Below are positions 10,307 to 21,286 of a stretch of DNA of 64,000 bases, in pieces; position 1 is the stretch's first letter; each line of letters begins with the position of its first letter. Origin of the DNA: a virus. The stretch lies in IMG/VR virus record IMGVR_UViG_3300012593_000001; one strand, 5' to 3'. Below the pieces are notes generated by a model. It searched no databases. It saw only the letters and a program-made list of their open reading frames with translations, and was not told the origin of the DNA. Both the position numbers and the translations under genes were made by a program.

Positions 10307-10322
10307 TCGGTTGACATAGCTT

Positions 10323-10359
10323 AAAAGAGTGTGTACCTTAATCGGTACATGCTCTTTTT
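10323..10359 (+). terminator. Intrinsic terminator after tube gene, overlapped by a promoter (TTGACA at 10311, N17, TACCTT)
   Basis: AAAAGAGTGTGTACC / GGTACATGCTCTTTT inverted repeat. Confidence 0.75.
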
Positions 10360-10398
10360 GCATGAGTAAGGCCTACTATTTCGAAAGAGAGAAACAAA

Positions 10399-11216
10399 AT
10401 GGCAACTAAGTTTAGTGACTTCCAGAAGGAAGCAGAGCGCCGTGAACGTAAGGCAGGCGTAGTCAAGAAGCCGTTCGATATCGAGCTGAATTCCGGCGAG
10501 ATTGTTAGCATTCCGTTCCCGGATGCGCAGACCTACTTGGCTCTATCCGAGGTTGGCGAGAACCGTTACCTCGAGCAGCTGCGAGTTATGTTCGGTAAGA
10601 ATCAGTCTGGTTTCCGCAAGGTTATCGACGAGCTTCAGGACCAGCCCGCTCAGATTATCGCGGTCATTGTTGAGGATGCTTATGACTTCTGGGGCAATGA
10701 TATGGTTCAGCAGCCGGGAAAATCCGAGCAGTAGTCGAACTTTTTGATGAATATGGTGGTCTCATTATGTGGGACTACCAGCAATACTTAGGTATAGACG
10801 TTATCGACTTCTTTACTCTAGAAAGAAGCTGGTTTGAGTTCTGGATTTTCTTCCAGCAACTCCCTCAAAATGCTAGAGTCAAAGCTGCAATCGCGGATAA
10901 TCCCGAGTTAGCTAAGATGAAGGCAGCGGCTATACCTGATGAGCAAATCGAAGCTATCATTAATGGCAAGGCGGAAGACCCTGAAGATAGGTCCGTTCCA
11001 CTTGAGGGTTATACGCCTGAGATAGCTAAGATGGATGACCTTATCAACGAGGTTCGCATTCTACGACTCACATTCGCTAACGCCTTTTCGAAAAAGAAAA
11101 TCGAAGAGCCTATGCAACCTAGGCCAAAAGACGCTTTTCGAAAAGAGCTCGAAGCGCGGATGTGGCAAAAAGAGAAAGAAGAAGCCGACGAGCTTAAAGC
11201 TAAGCTTGGCTTTTGA
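10399..11216 (+). CDS. Tail assembly chaperones (10399-10734 and a -1 frameshift product to 11216)
   Basis: Slippery G GGA AAA at 10716-10722; the -1 frame is open from 10719 into the 10767-11216 ORF; lies between tube and tape measure genes. Confidence 0.92.
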
Positions 11217-11260
11217 TAAGATTAGACCACTGGTATATTACTGGTGGTCTAATTTTATTT
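11216..11260 (+). terminator. Terminator-like hairpin
   Basis: ATTAGACCAC / GTGGTCTAAT followed by a T-rich tail. Confidence 0.65.
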
Positions 11261-11270
11261 TGGAGGCACA

Positions 11271-14200
11271 ATGGCTTATCTTCTTGGCGAAGCGGCTATC
11301 AGAATTTCTGGTAACGCGCAACGCCTACATGCAGATATTCGCTCTGCCGTGGAAAAAGGGAAAAAGAATCAAGTAGAAATCCCTATTACCGGCGATTCTG
11401 ACTCTTTCGACATGACTGTACAAGATGTCGAAGATGAGATTAATGAGCTTGAAAGTAGAGAGGTAGAAATCCCTATCTACTTCTACATCGACCAAGCTTC
11501 TCATGAGCATGTCATTAGAAAAATCGACGAGCTCGAAAATAGAGACGCTAAGATTGATGTCTTTTACGATGTCCACAATGACTACGCGGACATGGCCGTA
11601 CAAGACTTTATCGACAAGTGGGCAAGCGATAGAGGCCGGAAGATTAAGCTTCCGGTAGAAACCGATATCAAGATGCCTAAGATGCCGAAGAGATTCCCCG
11701 GTGCCATCCCTAATTCTGCGCAACAGGAGATGGATGAGTACTTCGAGAAGTTCTTCCGCTACGGCGATAGAAGCATGAACGTCCTAAACGTATGGGAGCA
11801 CGCTTGGGCTAGATTGCACTCTGGTATCGATAGAGGTATCTATCAGGTCTACAACAGCTACTTTAAGCTGTTTAATGACGTTGGGGCTATGATTGCTCAC
11901 CCTATCGACTCCTTTAGAAAGATGAAGGAGCTAGCCTACGACACCTCTGATGAGAATAAGTCTCTGGCTAGAGATATTAGAGAGGTCTCTCAAGAGTGGA
12001 AGCGTCTTGGTGCGAGAATCAAGAACGCTATGGTTGGTGCCAAGGGTGAGATTGGTATCACTCAGCGGGCCTTCCAGAGGCTCAAGGCTTCCTTGGCTGA
12101 CCGCGGTGTATTTGGCACCTTTAAGCGCGGCATGATGAAGCCTATTGAGGCTGTCGGCACTGGTTTCGATAAGCTCAGAGTTAAGTGGCAGAAGTTCCGT
12201 GATGCCTTCGCGCAATTCAAGGCACCTCCGGGGCTGGCAACTATCTCTAGACTTTTCGGTAGAGGTTTCTCTACTGCAATCGATAAGACCACTGCCTCCT
12301 TCCGTAGATTCGGCTCTATCTTCCCTGCTATTGGCAGAAGCAGCAAGAGAGCCTTCAGTGAGACTATTGAGTCTATGAAGGCTGCAACCTCTATGGCTGC
12401 TCGAATGACCGGCGCAGGCATGGAGAATATGCTTCTTGGTGCCTCTAAGTTCTCTAAGAAGCTGAAGAAGTCTGCTCTTGGCGGTGCCGACTTCATGGAT
12501 AACATCTTCCATAGTGGCAAGTACTTCAACTCTATGGTCCACACCGCCAGCGGTGCTTTTGCACAGATTAAGACCAAGGCATTTAACTCTCTTGGCTTCG
12601 TGCAGCAATTTATGACCAGCATCCCTAAGAACTTCCGCGGTATGCGTAGACTCTTTGGCGGTGCTCTTACTGCCTTTAACCGCAGAATGGGTAGAACCTT
12701 TAGAACAGTAGGTGCTGCCGCAAGAACTACCGCAGGCCTTATGGGGCATTACTTTGGTCGTTCGCTTGGCGCAATCACCAAGTTGTCTGGAAGAGCCTTC
12801 GGAGGCATGCTAAGACAGTTCGGAAGAATTGGCCGTAACGTTAAGGTCGTGGCCGGAGCTATGACCACCCTCTTTGGCGGAGCTGTAGCCAGAGTAGGTG
12901 CCATGATGGCTAGAATGGCTGCTTCTAAGACCTTCTCCTTGATGGGCCGAGGAATTAGAGCTGGCTTTAGACAGATGAGCAAGTACGCCGCTGGCTTCGG
13001 CAATATCGCTATGGGTGTCTTTGCTCGTACCGCGGGTATCTTGATGCAGTCTCTGGTTCCGGCAATTATGGCTGCGGTAGGCGGTCTTGCTCTTATGGGT
13101 GGCACCGCAATTCTTGGCGGCATTCTTGCTCTGGCTGGCGCAATTATGTCTGTTGTCAACGGCGCTTTGCTCATGGCTCCGGCGCTTGTCGCTGCCGCGG
13201 GTGTATCTTTTGCCACCCTGAAGATGGGTCTTAAGGGTGTCAAGGACGGAGTACAAGCGGCATTCAGTGCTGAGACCGTCGAAGACTTCGAGAAGGCCAT
13301 CGAGAAGCTTCCTCCGGGAGCTCAAGAGGTAGCACGCTCTCTGCGCGATTTGAAGCCTGTTATGGATGAACTACGTACCAACATCCAGAACAACCTCACA
13401 GAGGGCCTTGGAGAGCCTATGAGACAGGCTTTTGGCAATATGCTCGATGCTGCTAAGCCGGGTATGGAGAAGATGGCTTCCTCTTGGAACAAGTCTCTGA
13501 AGAACATGTTTAATGAGATGGGGTCTGACAGAGCCTCCGCGGGCATGACCACCATCATGGAAAACATGAACAAGATGTCTACCAACATGGAGCCCGTTCT
13601 TGGTAACCTCGCCGCTGCATTTGGCTCTCTGGCAGAACAAGGTTCTAAGTTCTTTGGTGGATTTGGCGAGGGTCTCGCTAACATGTCCGAGAGCTTCATG
13701 AACTGGGCTGAGGGACTTAAGGAGATTGCCCCAGGCGAAGAGATGTCTAAGTTCGATAAGGCCATTGAGTCTGCTAAGAAGAACGCTAAGCTTCTTGGCG
13801 CTATCTTTGGTGGTCTCTTCGGTACTATCGGAAATATCCTCCATGCCGCGCAAGAAGCTGGCGGAGATGGCGGACCTCTGTACGGTATGGCTGTAGCAAT
13901 GCAGTCTATGAAGCAAGCTACCGAAGAAGGTAGCGCTGGCTTCGAGAAGATTAAGGGCCTTGTGTATGCTTCTGGCGACATGGCTAAGGAGCTTGGTAAG
14001 GTCATTGGACCTGTCGTATCTGGCCTTCTGGATGCAGCAACTATCTTGATGCGCATTGGTCAAGGAGCTTTGCCAGGTATTGCGAAAGTTGTCGCTGGCA
14101 TTGCTGATGGTCTTGCCACGTGGAAGCAGTACGCTGCCGACTTTGGCAAGAACCTTGGCGATGGCCTTGGTTCTCTCGCACCGTTTATCAACAATCTAAT

Positions 14201-17200
14201 TGCTGCTCTTGGTCCTGCTTTGGATGGTCTTGGCGAGGGTCTCGGAAAGGCTCTTGAGGGCCTTGCAGAAGGACTTGCGCCTGTTCTGAACGGTCCTCTT
14301 ATGGAGATGGGCAAGAACTTAGGAGATATCCTCAATGTCACAGGCGGAGTTTTGGGAGACGTATTTGGAGCTCTTGCGCCTTATCTTGAGTCCACCTTCA
14401 ACATTCTCAACGCCTTGTTGCCGGTCATTACGGATGTTGTGTCTCTTGTGGGAGACGTGCTGGTAGGAGCTCTCGATGCTCTGTCTCCTATCTTCACAAG
14501 CCACGACGATGCTCTGAAGTCTCTTCTTGATAGTCTGAAGCCAGTTGTCGGCATCATTAGGGATGGCCTCATGGGAGTCATCGAGGCTCTGAAGCCAGCT
14601 CTGGCTGTTATTGGCGAGGCCTTTGGTAAAATCATCGAGGCCGCAGCACCGCTGATTCCGCTTCTTGGTGAAGCTTTGAAGCAGGCCTTCGTAATGATTA
14701 TCGATGTCATTAACTGGTTGATGCCGTTCATCCCGCCGTTGACTGATATCATCGTTGACCTGATTGAACGCGGCGTGAAGATTCTTATTAACGTATTCCA
14801 GTGGCTGCTTGGTGTCGTTCAAACTGTGTGGCCCGCATTGAGCACGGTTATTCAGTTTGCTATCGATTACATCATCAAGCCAGCTTTCGATATCTTGATG
14901 GGAGCCATTAGAGTTCTCGCAAGCGTATTCGAGTGGCTGTATTACAACGTGGTACAACCCATCTTTACTGCTTTGGGCTGGTTCATCGAGAAGACCTTCC
15001 AGGCAATTGCTTGGGCTATCGATAACGTCGTGAAGCCCGCTCTGCATGGCCTCAAGAGAGCCTTCGAGCTTGCAGTTGACGGTATTAAGGCTGTATGGAG
15101 CGGGCTGAAGAGAATCTTCTCTGAGCCAGTTAAGTTCTTTATTGATGTCGTTATCAACAAGGCTGTTATCGGCGCATGGAACAAGGTCATGGGTTGGCTG
15201 AAGCAGGACGATAAGAAGATGCAGCCTGTCGGTAACGCTATCTCTGAGGCGGGTTTTGCTTCTGGTGGTGTTCTTCCCGGCCACAGCCGCGGTAAGGACA
15301 ACAAGCGTTTCTATGGCGAAGACGGTTCCATCCTTAACCTCGCTGGCGGCGAAGGCATCATGAGACAGGAGTTTGTTGATGCCGTAGGTGGTAGGAAGGG
15401 TATTGCACGCCTTAATGATGATGCTCGCCACGGTAGACTCAACCGTATTAACCCAAAGGCGATGAGCGACAAAGAGCTAAGGCTCGATAGAATGCGCAAG
15501 CAGCTACTCAATGCTCACAGAGCTCATGGCGCTCACGAACAAGGCTATGCCGGTGGCGGTGTGTATCAGCCTACCTCTACCGAAATGGCACAGCTCGGCG
15601 GCGGAATTATTAACCGTTCTCTTTTGATTGCTCTCAAAACTGCCTTCCCTAATGCAGTAATGACCGCGGCGAAGACTGACCATGAGAACGATGGCGGATA
15701 CCACCCTAGAGGTGCGGCTATCGATATCGGTGGACCTATGCAGCAGATTGCAAACTGGATTTTCAAGACCTACCCTCAATCTGCTCAGCTTATTTGGGGC
15801 CCCGGACCAATGATTCTTAACTCTGCTACCAATGGTCGAATTCCTAATTCTGACCAGGCAGGTATCAGAGCAGCCTACACAGAGCCAGTTGTGGCTTTGC
15901 ACTATAACCACGTTCACTGGGGTGCAGATGGACCAATCGACTCTGATGGCAAGATGGTCTCTATGGATGGTGTCTCTGGCGGCTTCTTTGATGTTGCTCA
16001 GATGGTGGCTGACTGGATTCAAGAACACGTAATCTCTAAGATTGTTGACCCTGTTAAAAAGCAATTCGATGGCAAGCTTGCTGAATGGGGTGAATACGGT
16101 CACATGGCAATTGGGGCTGGTAAGCAAGTTCTTGGTAGCACTGTTGACTACCTTAAGGATTTTGCTAAGGAGCACAACCCATTTGGCTCTATATCTGGCG
16201 CTGGCGGAGCGAACATTGATATCTCTGGTGTTGCTGGCTCCAACTTGCAGATTGGTCAAGAGCTTGCTAAGAGAGCTGGTTGGACCGGCGCTGAGTGGGA
16301 AGCTCTAAAGACCTTGTGGACAGGTGAGTCTGGCTGGGATAACAATGCTCAGAACCCAACGTCTACGGCATACGGTATTCCGCAGTTCTTGGACTCTACT
16401 TGGGCTTCTGTTGGTTACCAGAAGACCTCTGACCCTGCAACTCAGATTGCCGCGGGTATCAAGTACATTAAGAGCAGACCGGATTACGGTACTCCATCTA
16501 GAGCTCTGGCTCTGTGGAATTCTCGTTCCCCTCACTGGTACGACCGCGGCGGTATGGCTGGCGGAATTGGTCACATGCTTAAGAACACTCTTGAGCCTGA
16601 GCGTGTCCTGTCTCCGGCACAGACCAGAGCATTTAATGATTTGGTCTACAACTTCCTTCCGAAGTTGGGTAATCAGATTCTGCGCAACCCGGCGGACTTT
16701 AACGGTCACAGAAGAATGATTCTCAATAAGATGGATGAGATTAAGGAAGAGCTCGCCAAGGAGCGTAGACAGCGTGTTATGGACATGTCTCGCTACGTCA
16801 AGGGTGTCTTCCAGGACCGTATCGACGGCAAGCCTCGTCAGAATCGTCTTGATGACCTTCCACAAGGTCTTTTGGATATGCCTAAGTCCTTCGATGACCT
16901 TGGCAAGAAGATTAACCAGGCTCAAGGCTGGGCTGATGCCAACATGCCTCGCCTGCAAAAGAATCTTGAGGGTGCTTACAAGCAGGCTCAGATGGTCACC
17001 TATGACCCGCTGGGTTATCTCAAGGCTGAAGAGATTGCTATCGAGCGTATCGAGAAGGAAGAGGAAGCAGCCAAGAAGAAGGCTCAGGAGGAAGAGCAGA
17101 AGCGTCAACAAGAAGAGGACCAGAAGGCTACCGAGGACCGTAACAAGGCCAAGGAGGACGAGCTTAAGGCCATCGAAGACCGTCAAAATAAGGAACTTGA

Positions 17201-17867
17201 CGGCGTTGACAATGATGACGAGAAGAAGCGCATTGAGGACAAGTATAAGAAGGAAAAGGAGGCTATCGACAAGAAGTACCAAGACGAGTCCGATGCGATT
17301 TCTGAACGCCGAAATAAGGAGCGCGAGCTCGAACAGGAGCGGAAGCAAGCTGAAGAAGAGCACATTAAGCGCCTGAAGGAGACCGGCGAGTACTACTATG
17401 GTTATGCTGTTAGACAGCAAGACGAAGACTATAAGTACGAGCAGGGCTGGCAGGAGAAGATGGGTAGAACCATCGGTAAGTCTGTCGCGGATGTCTTCGG
17501 CCTTGGTGACGCTTACTCCAGCATCGATGCTCAAATCTCTGAGTTGCAAGACATTGGCGAGCAGGTTAAGGTAGTAGCACCTTCTTGGTGGGCTGCTGCT
17601 AACGGTGACTACTCCGGCCTTAACCACAACATCGCTGTTGCTTCTGCGCGAAGCGACGAGCGGAATCGTCAGGCTCTGGAGGATATCGCACCCGGCGCTG
17701 TTGCTGGTATTATTGAAATGTCTAGCACCGCGGCTCAGAATAAGCAGTATGCACCGTTCATTGAGAACGTATATACTGGCGCTTCTGGCCCAGAGCTCGA
17801 GCAGGCTCTATCCCACTATGAAGGTGTACAGGCTAGACGAAATAGAGGTACTACAAGAACGCGCTAG
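11271..17867 (+). CDS. Tape measure protein with C-terminal cell-wall hydrolase domains
   Basis: 2198 aa, Ala/Gly-rich helical repeats; YHPRGAAIDI..HYNHVH (Zn-peptidase-like) and ESGWDNNAQNPTSTAYGIPQFL (lytic transglycosylase-like). Confidence 0.95.
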   Translation: MAYLLGEAAIRISGNAQRLHADIRSAVEKGKKNQVEIPITGDSDSFDMTVQDVEDEINELESREVEIPIYFYIDQASHEHVIRKIDELENRDAKIDVFYDVHNDYADMAVQDFIDKWASDRGRKIKLPVETDIKMPKMPKRFPGAIPNSAQQEMDEYFEKFFRYGDRSMNVLNVWEHAWARLHSGIDRGIYQVYNSYFKLFNDVGAMIAHPIDSFRKMKELAYDTSDENKSLARDIREVSQEWKRLGARIKNAMVGAKGEIGITQRAFQRLKASLADRGVFGTFKRGMMKPIEAVGTGFDKLRVKWQKFRDAFAQFKAPPGLATISRLFGRGFSTAIDKTTASFRRFGSIFPAIGRSSKRAFSETIESMKAATSMAARMTGAGMENMLLGASKFSKKLKKSALGGADFMDNIFHSGKYFNSMVHTASGAFAQIKTKAFNSLGFVQQFMTSIPKNFRGMRRLFGGALTAFNRRMGRTFRTVGAAARTTAGLMGHYFGRSLGAITKLSGRAFGGMLRQFGRIGRNVKVVAGAMTTLFGGAVARVGAMMARMAASKTFSLMGRGIRAGFRQMSKYAAGFGNIAMGVFARTAGILMQSLVPAIMAAVGGLALMGGTAILGGILALAGAIMSVVNGALLMAPALVAAAGVSFATLKMGLKGVKDGVQAAFSAETVEDFEKAIEKLPPGAQEVARSLRDLKPVMDELRTNIQNNLTEGLGEPMRQAFGNMLDAAKPGMEKMASSWNKSLKNMFNEMGSDRASAGMTTIMENMNKMSTNMEPVLGNLAAAFGSLAEQGSKFFGGFGEGLANMSESFMNWAEGLKEIAPGEEMSKFDKAIESAKKNAKLLGAIFGGLFGTIGNILHAAQEAGGDGGPLYGMAVAMQSMKQATEEGSAGFEKIKGLVYASGDMAKELGKVIGPVVSGLLDAATILMRIGQGALPGIAKVVAGIADGLATWKQYAADFGKNLGDGLGSLAPFINNLIAALGPALDGLGEGLGKALEGLAEGLAPVLNGPLMEMGKNLGDILNVTGGVLGDVFGALAPYLESTFNILNALLPVITDVVSLVGDVLVGALDALSPIFTSHDDALKSLLDSLKPVVGIIRDGLMGVIEALKPALAVIGEAFGKIIEAAAPLIPLLGEALKQAFVMIIDVINWLMPFIPPLTDIIVDLIERGVKILINVFQWLLGVVQTVWPALSTVIQFAIDYIIKPAFDILMGAIRVLASVFEWLYYNVVQPIFTALGWFIEKTFQAIAWAIDNVVKPALHGLKRAFELAVDGIKAVWSGLKRIFSEPVKFFIDVVINKAVIGAWNKVMGWLKQDDKKMQPVGNAISEAGFASGGVLPGHSRGKDNKRFYGEDGSILNLAGGEGIMRQEFVDAVGGRKGIARLNDDARHGRLNRINPKAMSDKELRLDRMRKQLLNAHRAHGAHEQGYAGGGVYQPTSTEMAQLGGGIINRSLLIALKTAFPNAVMTAAKTDHENDGGYHPRGAAIDIGGPMQQIANWIFKTYPQSAQLIWGPGPMILNSATNGRIPNSDQAGIRAAYTEPVVALHYNHVHWGADGPIDSDGKMVSMDGVSGGFFDVAQMVADWIQEHVISKIVDPVKKQFDGKLAEWGEYGHMAIGAGKQVLGSTVDYLKDFAKEHNPFGSISGAGGANIDISGVAGSNLQIGQELAKRAGWTGAEWEALKTLWTGESGWDNNAQNPTSTAYGIPQFLDSTWASVGYQKTSDPATQIAAGIKYIKSRPDYGTPSRALALWNSRSPHWYDRGGMAGGIGHMLKNTLEPERVLSPAQTRAFNDLVYNFLPKLGNQILRNPADFNGHRRMILNKMDEIKEELAKERRQRVMDMSRYVKGVFQDRIDGKPRQNRLDDLPQGLLDMPKSFDDLGKKINQAQGWADANMPRLQKNLEGAYKQAQMVTYDPLGYLKAEEIAIERIEKEEEAAKKKAQEEEQKRQQEEDQKATEDRNKAKEDELKAIEDRQNKELDGVDNDDEKKRIEDKYKKEKEAIDKKYQDESDAISERRNKERELEQERKQAEEEHIKRLKETGEYYYGYAVRQQDEDYKYEQGWQEKMGRTIGKSVADVFGLGDAYSSIDAQISELQDIGEQVKVVAPSWWAAANGDYSGLNHNIAVASARSDERNRQALEDIAPGAVAGIIEMSSTAAQNKQYAPFIENVYTGASGPELEQALSHYEGVQARRNRGTTRTR

Positions 17868-17876
17868 GAGAAGCTA

Positions 17877-18758
17877 ATGGCAGTCGAATTTGATGGAGTC
17901 CAGATTATCTACGAGGGACCTCCCCGCTGGGATGGCCGTAAGTGGGTAGAAGGAGAAGAGTTTGTCATCTCGGGACTCCATCAAGGAGACAAGGGGGTCG
18001 AACTGGCCCCCTCCGTTAGCGGTCTTGAGCGTCCTACGAAGACCTATCGTTACGATTCCTTAGCCAACGGCTCTATCTCTAAGTTCCGCGATGTGCTGGC
18101 GGATAAGCGTAAGATTGACGCTTCCGTAAATATTTATGGCAAGAATAAGCAGGAGCTTAGAGACAACAAGAGGCGCTGGTTTAGGAATCATGACGAAGAA
18201 AACCCCGGCAAGCTGTGGTTTAAGCCTACGGATGCCCCGGCTCGTTATATGTTGGCTCGTCTCGGCCAAGAAGCCGCGGTTGGCGATGTAGAGAAAGACC
18301 CTGACCTAAGACGTATCTATGAAGGTTTCGAGTGGGGCTGGGAATCTGATAACGCTAACTTCTATGGCGAGAAGCAGGTTTTAGATTTCAAGGGGTCTTC
18401 TGGTAGCTACACTCTTAGCGTGAAGAACCCTTCTACTGCGCCAGAGGTCTTTCCTAAGCTATACCTCTATGGCCCCGGTAAGTACACCTTTAGTCTTGGC
18501 TACATGCAGGGTAACTTCACTACCGTCGATATTCCGTCTGGTTCTACGGTTCGCATTAACTTCGACCCGCTGGAGCGGACTTACTTGATGATGGATGCTA
18601 ACGGTAAGGTGTCGAATATGTGGCCGTATGCATACGGTAAGCGACCAAAATTCTCTTTGGAAGCGGAAACCACTACCACTATCAAGGTAAGCTGTGTAGG
18701 CTCTCCTTCTAAGAATCCTCAGCTAGAGTTTACGCCAGAGTACGAGTCTTGGATGTAA
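17877..18758 (+). CDS. Distal tail / minor tail protein
   Basis: First gene after TMP; size 293 aa. Confidence 0.7.
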   Translation: MAVEFDGVQIIYEGPPRWDGRKWVEGEEFVISGLHQGDKGVELAPSVSGLERPTKTYRYDSLANGSISKFRDVLADKRKIDASVNIYGKNKQELRDNKRRWFRNHDEENPGKLWFKPTDAPARYMLARLGQEAAVGDVEKDPDLRRIYEGFEWGWESDNANFYGEKQVLDFKGSSGSYTLSVKNPSTAPEVFPKLYLYGPGKYTFSLGYMQGNFTTVDIPSGSTVRINFDPLERTYLMMDANGKVSNMWPYAYGKRPKFSLEAETTTTIKVSCVGSPSKNPQLEFTPEYESWM

Positions 18759-18767
18759 GGAGACAAA

Positions 18768-20444
18768 ATGACTACACCTGTATTTCCTGATGATGGAATT
18801 AAGTATGTAAAGCCCGGCCAAGAGGGTGAAAATGACTATGCTCTCTACATCGAGGTTTTTAATGGAGAAGGCAAGTTTCTTGGCGAGGTAGGCGACTATA
18901 TGGATGCCAGCCTCTCATGGAACAGCGAAGCGGACAATGCTGAGTCTTCCTCGTTTACGATTCCTCACCCCTCCCTGTGGTCTAAGACGATGATGAGAGC
19001 TAATCATCAAGTCACTCTTATTCGTTGCATCCTTACTCGTGCAGGCAAGCAGATTAAGAAGTGGACAGGCCGAGTAGAGAGAGCGGTACGGTCTACCGAA
19101 GGCGGAGAATCGCATATCAAGGTAGAGCTCATCTCAGATAAGGCGTGGCTGGCCTATATCCTCGCGTGGCCGTCTCCGTTTGCGGATATCAATACTCAGC
19201 TGCCTAAGCACGATACGCAAACTGGCCCGGCTATCCACGTGATGAAGAAGTACCTCATCAAGAACATCCTTCGCTTTAATACGGACAACATGCCGAAGGA
19301 AAGAGGTAAGTACCGCAAGTACATCTTCTACAACCCACTCGCGGATAGAATGCATACCTATCAGGATGATAATTCTAAGTTCCGCGAGGCGATGGGGCAC
19401 ATGGACCCCTTTATCGTCGTACCTACAGCGTACGGAGCGGACACGTCGCCTACTGTAACGCTGACGGCTCGTATGGATAAAGTCTCTGAAATCTGGCAGG
19501 AGGCGTGCAAGGATTTTAACCTTCTTCCTGTGGTAGAGACTTACTATCCCGGCAGAGACCCCCTACCCGCGGGTGTACCGGCAACTGGTAGAGATACCCC
19601 CTCTATCATCGTGGACATTATCGACAAGGATAAGGCTCGTTCTGCTCGTAAGCCAATGACTAAGTGGGAGCGGTACTTCGATGTAGCCAGTAGCTTTTTG
19701 CAGTCGGTTGTTGGCGTATTCGATACCACGCCTCAGCTCAAGAAGCAAAACGAGACTTCTTTGACTGAATTCTTCGGTAATACCACTGAGGATAAATGGG
19801 TAATTTTTAGAGAGTCTTCTAAGCACTGGTCCTCTACGGAGGTCAGCGTGTATGCGCCTACCACCATTCAAACCATTGCTGGCGGCTCGTCGATGGAGTT
19901 TATTAACGATGCTGTGCATAGTATCGTAATGGCGCTTATTAACTTCATCTTGCGTTGGTTCGGTCTAGATGTTGTTCTCGATGCCATCCTTGGCGACAAG
20001 CTCAAAGACGTGTTTTTCGCCTTCCAGCGCGTCTCTGACCGCTCGATGCAGTCCGAGCTAGGTAAGTTTGCCTTCTACGAGACTTACACCGGCACAGGCA
20101 CCACAGCGCTTTCTGCGGACGCTGCTCAGGGTATCCGTTCTGCTCGATGGGCCGCTCTTGGCTATCGCACTGCCACCTTCAGCGGAGATGCTGCGGCTTT
20201 CCCGCCATTTAGGCCGTTCGAAGACTTCGACCTCCTAGACCCGGTTGGATGGGAAGACGAGGAAGAAGGACAAATCTTTACCGAGCGTGCCAAAGAAATC
20301 TCCGTATCGGTAGATAGAGATGGCGGTGTACAATTCGAGCTTAGACTTGGCGAATCTGAGCGGCCAGAAGAGCCGTGGGCTATTCAGAAGCGCCAGAACG
20401 ACAGGTTTAAGCAAGCCATCAATGCTGCATTTGATAAGGAATGA
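18768..20444 (+). CDS. Minor tail protein (baseplate hub-like)
   Basis: Second gene after TMP; 558 aa; actinophage-type C-terminal DFDLLDPVG segment. Confidence 0.7.
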   Translation: MTTPVFPDDGIKYVKPGQEGENDYALYIEVFNGEGKFLGEVGDYMDASLSWNSEADNAESSSFTIPHPSLWSKTMMRANHQVTLIRCILTRAGKQIKKWTGRVERAVRSTEGGESHIKVELISDKAWLAYILAWPSPFADINTQLPKHDTQTGPAIHVMKKYLIKNILRFNTDNMPKERGKYRKYIFYNPLADRMHTYQDDNSKFREAMGHMDPFIVVPTAYGADTSPTVTLTARMDKVSEIWQEACKDFNLLPVVETYYPGRDPLPAGVPATGRDTPSIIVDIIDKDKARSARKPMTKWERYFDVASSFLQSVVGVFDTTPQLKKQNETSLTEFFGNTTEDKWVIFRESSKHWSSTEVSVYAPTTIQTIAGGSSMEFINDAVHSIVMALINFILRWFGLDVVLDAILGDKLKDVFFAFQRVSDRSMQSELGKFAFYETYTGTGTTALSADAAQGIRSARWAALGYRTATFSGDAAAFPPFRPFEDFDLLDPVGWEDEEEGQIFTERAKEISVSVDRDGGVQFELRLGESERPEEPWAIQKRQNDRFKQAINAAFDKE

Positions 20445-20447
20445 TTA

Positions 20448-20897
20448 ATGTTGACACGTATTTATAGAGATTACCTAGAGCTCACCAAGGCAGAAGCGGA
20501 ATCGATTTCCTCCCTTAAAGGACTAAATTTCGTTCTTGCCGCTCAGGCTTTTGTGAATTTCCTTCTTTTTGTGGGGCCTGATTCTCGCTTTGATAAGCCG
20601 GTAGAAGATTCCCCGTGGTGGCTAGGTGCAAAGGTGCTTAGCACCAACATCGAGATTTGGGAAGTTGTCTTTGTGATTCTGAGTATCATTATGGTAACAT
20701 CGACACTTGCAATGTATAAGGTTACGTATGTTACCTCACTAACCGGCGTGGCATGGGTTTTGTTTGGTTTTGCGTGGGTTATAGGCTCTTTTGTTACGGA
20801 CCAAGAGGTTCTTTTCGGAAGCGGTTTACTTGCACTTTTGGTTGGAGCAGGGCATTTTTCCGTTGCGAGAGCATGGAGAGCTGAAGGAGTTGAGTAA
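20448..20897 (+). CDS. Membrane protein (about 4 TM helices)
   Basis: Four hydrophobic stretches. Confidence 0.7.
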   Translation: MLTRIYRDYLELTKAEAESISSLKGLNFVLAAQAFVNFLLFVGPDSRFDKPVEDSPWWLGAKVLSTNIEIWEVVFVILSIIMVTSTLAMYKVTYVTSLTGVAWVLFGFAWVIGSFVTDQEVLFGSGLLALLVGAGHFSVARAWRAEGVE

Positions 20898-21286
20898 TGG
20901 AGGCCATCAGTACAGAGAATATAAATACAGACTCTGTAATCGGCCAAGTAACCCTTCTTCTGGTTGCTCTCGCTATTGTCGGCAAGACTTTTAAGCCCCT
21001 GATTCAAACGCCTAAAGAGTTCAAGAACAATCGTTCGAATAAGGCGATGTCTGAAGAGCTCAAAATCGCCAAGAAGGAGCTAGAGTACTCTCGTACTCTC
21101 AGAAGAGATTTGACTGATTGGCAGCTTGCGGCGAGAGAGCTTATTCGAACGATGAAGCTCGAGCTCGTAGAGGCTGGCGGTCAGGTTACTGGACGAATGC
21201 AGCAGCTTTCTGATATGCTTGATGAGATTGAGAATCGGTCTTTGACCAGCTTAAACGTGGAGGAAAATAATGGCGAAAACGACTAA
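20897..21286 (+). CDS. Single-TM protein with coiled-coil
   Basis: VIGQVTLLLVALAIVG then a charged helical region; AAGGAG RBS. Confidence 0.65.
   Translation: MEAISTENINTDSVIGQVTLLLVALAIVGKTFKPLIQTPKEFKNNRSNKAMSEELKIAKKELEYSRTLRRDLTDWQLAARELIRTMKLELVEAGGQVTGRMQQLSDMLDEIENRSLTSLNVEENNGEND

Noticed and set aside
5294..17627. Long antisense ORFs opposite the capsid, tube and tape measure genes
   Set aside because: Shadow frames caused by codon bias; no RBS or protein-like features.
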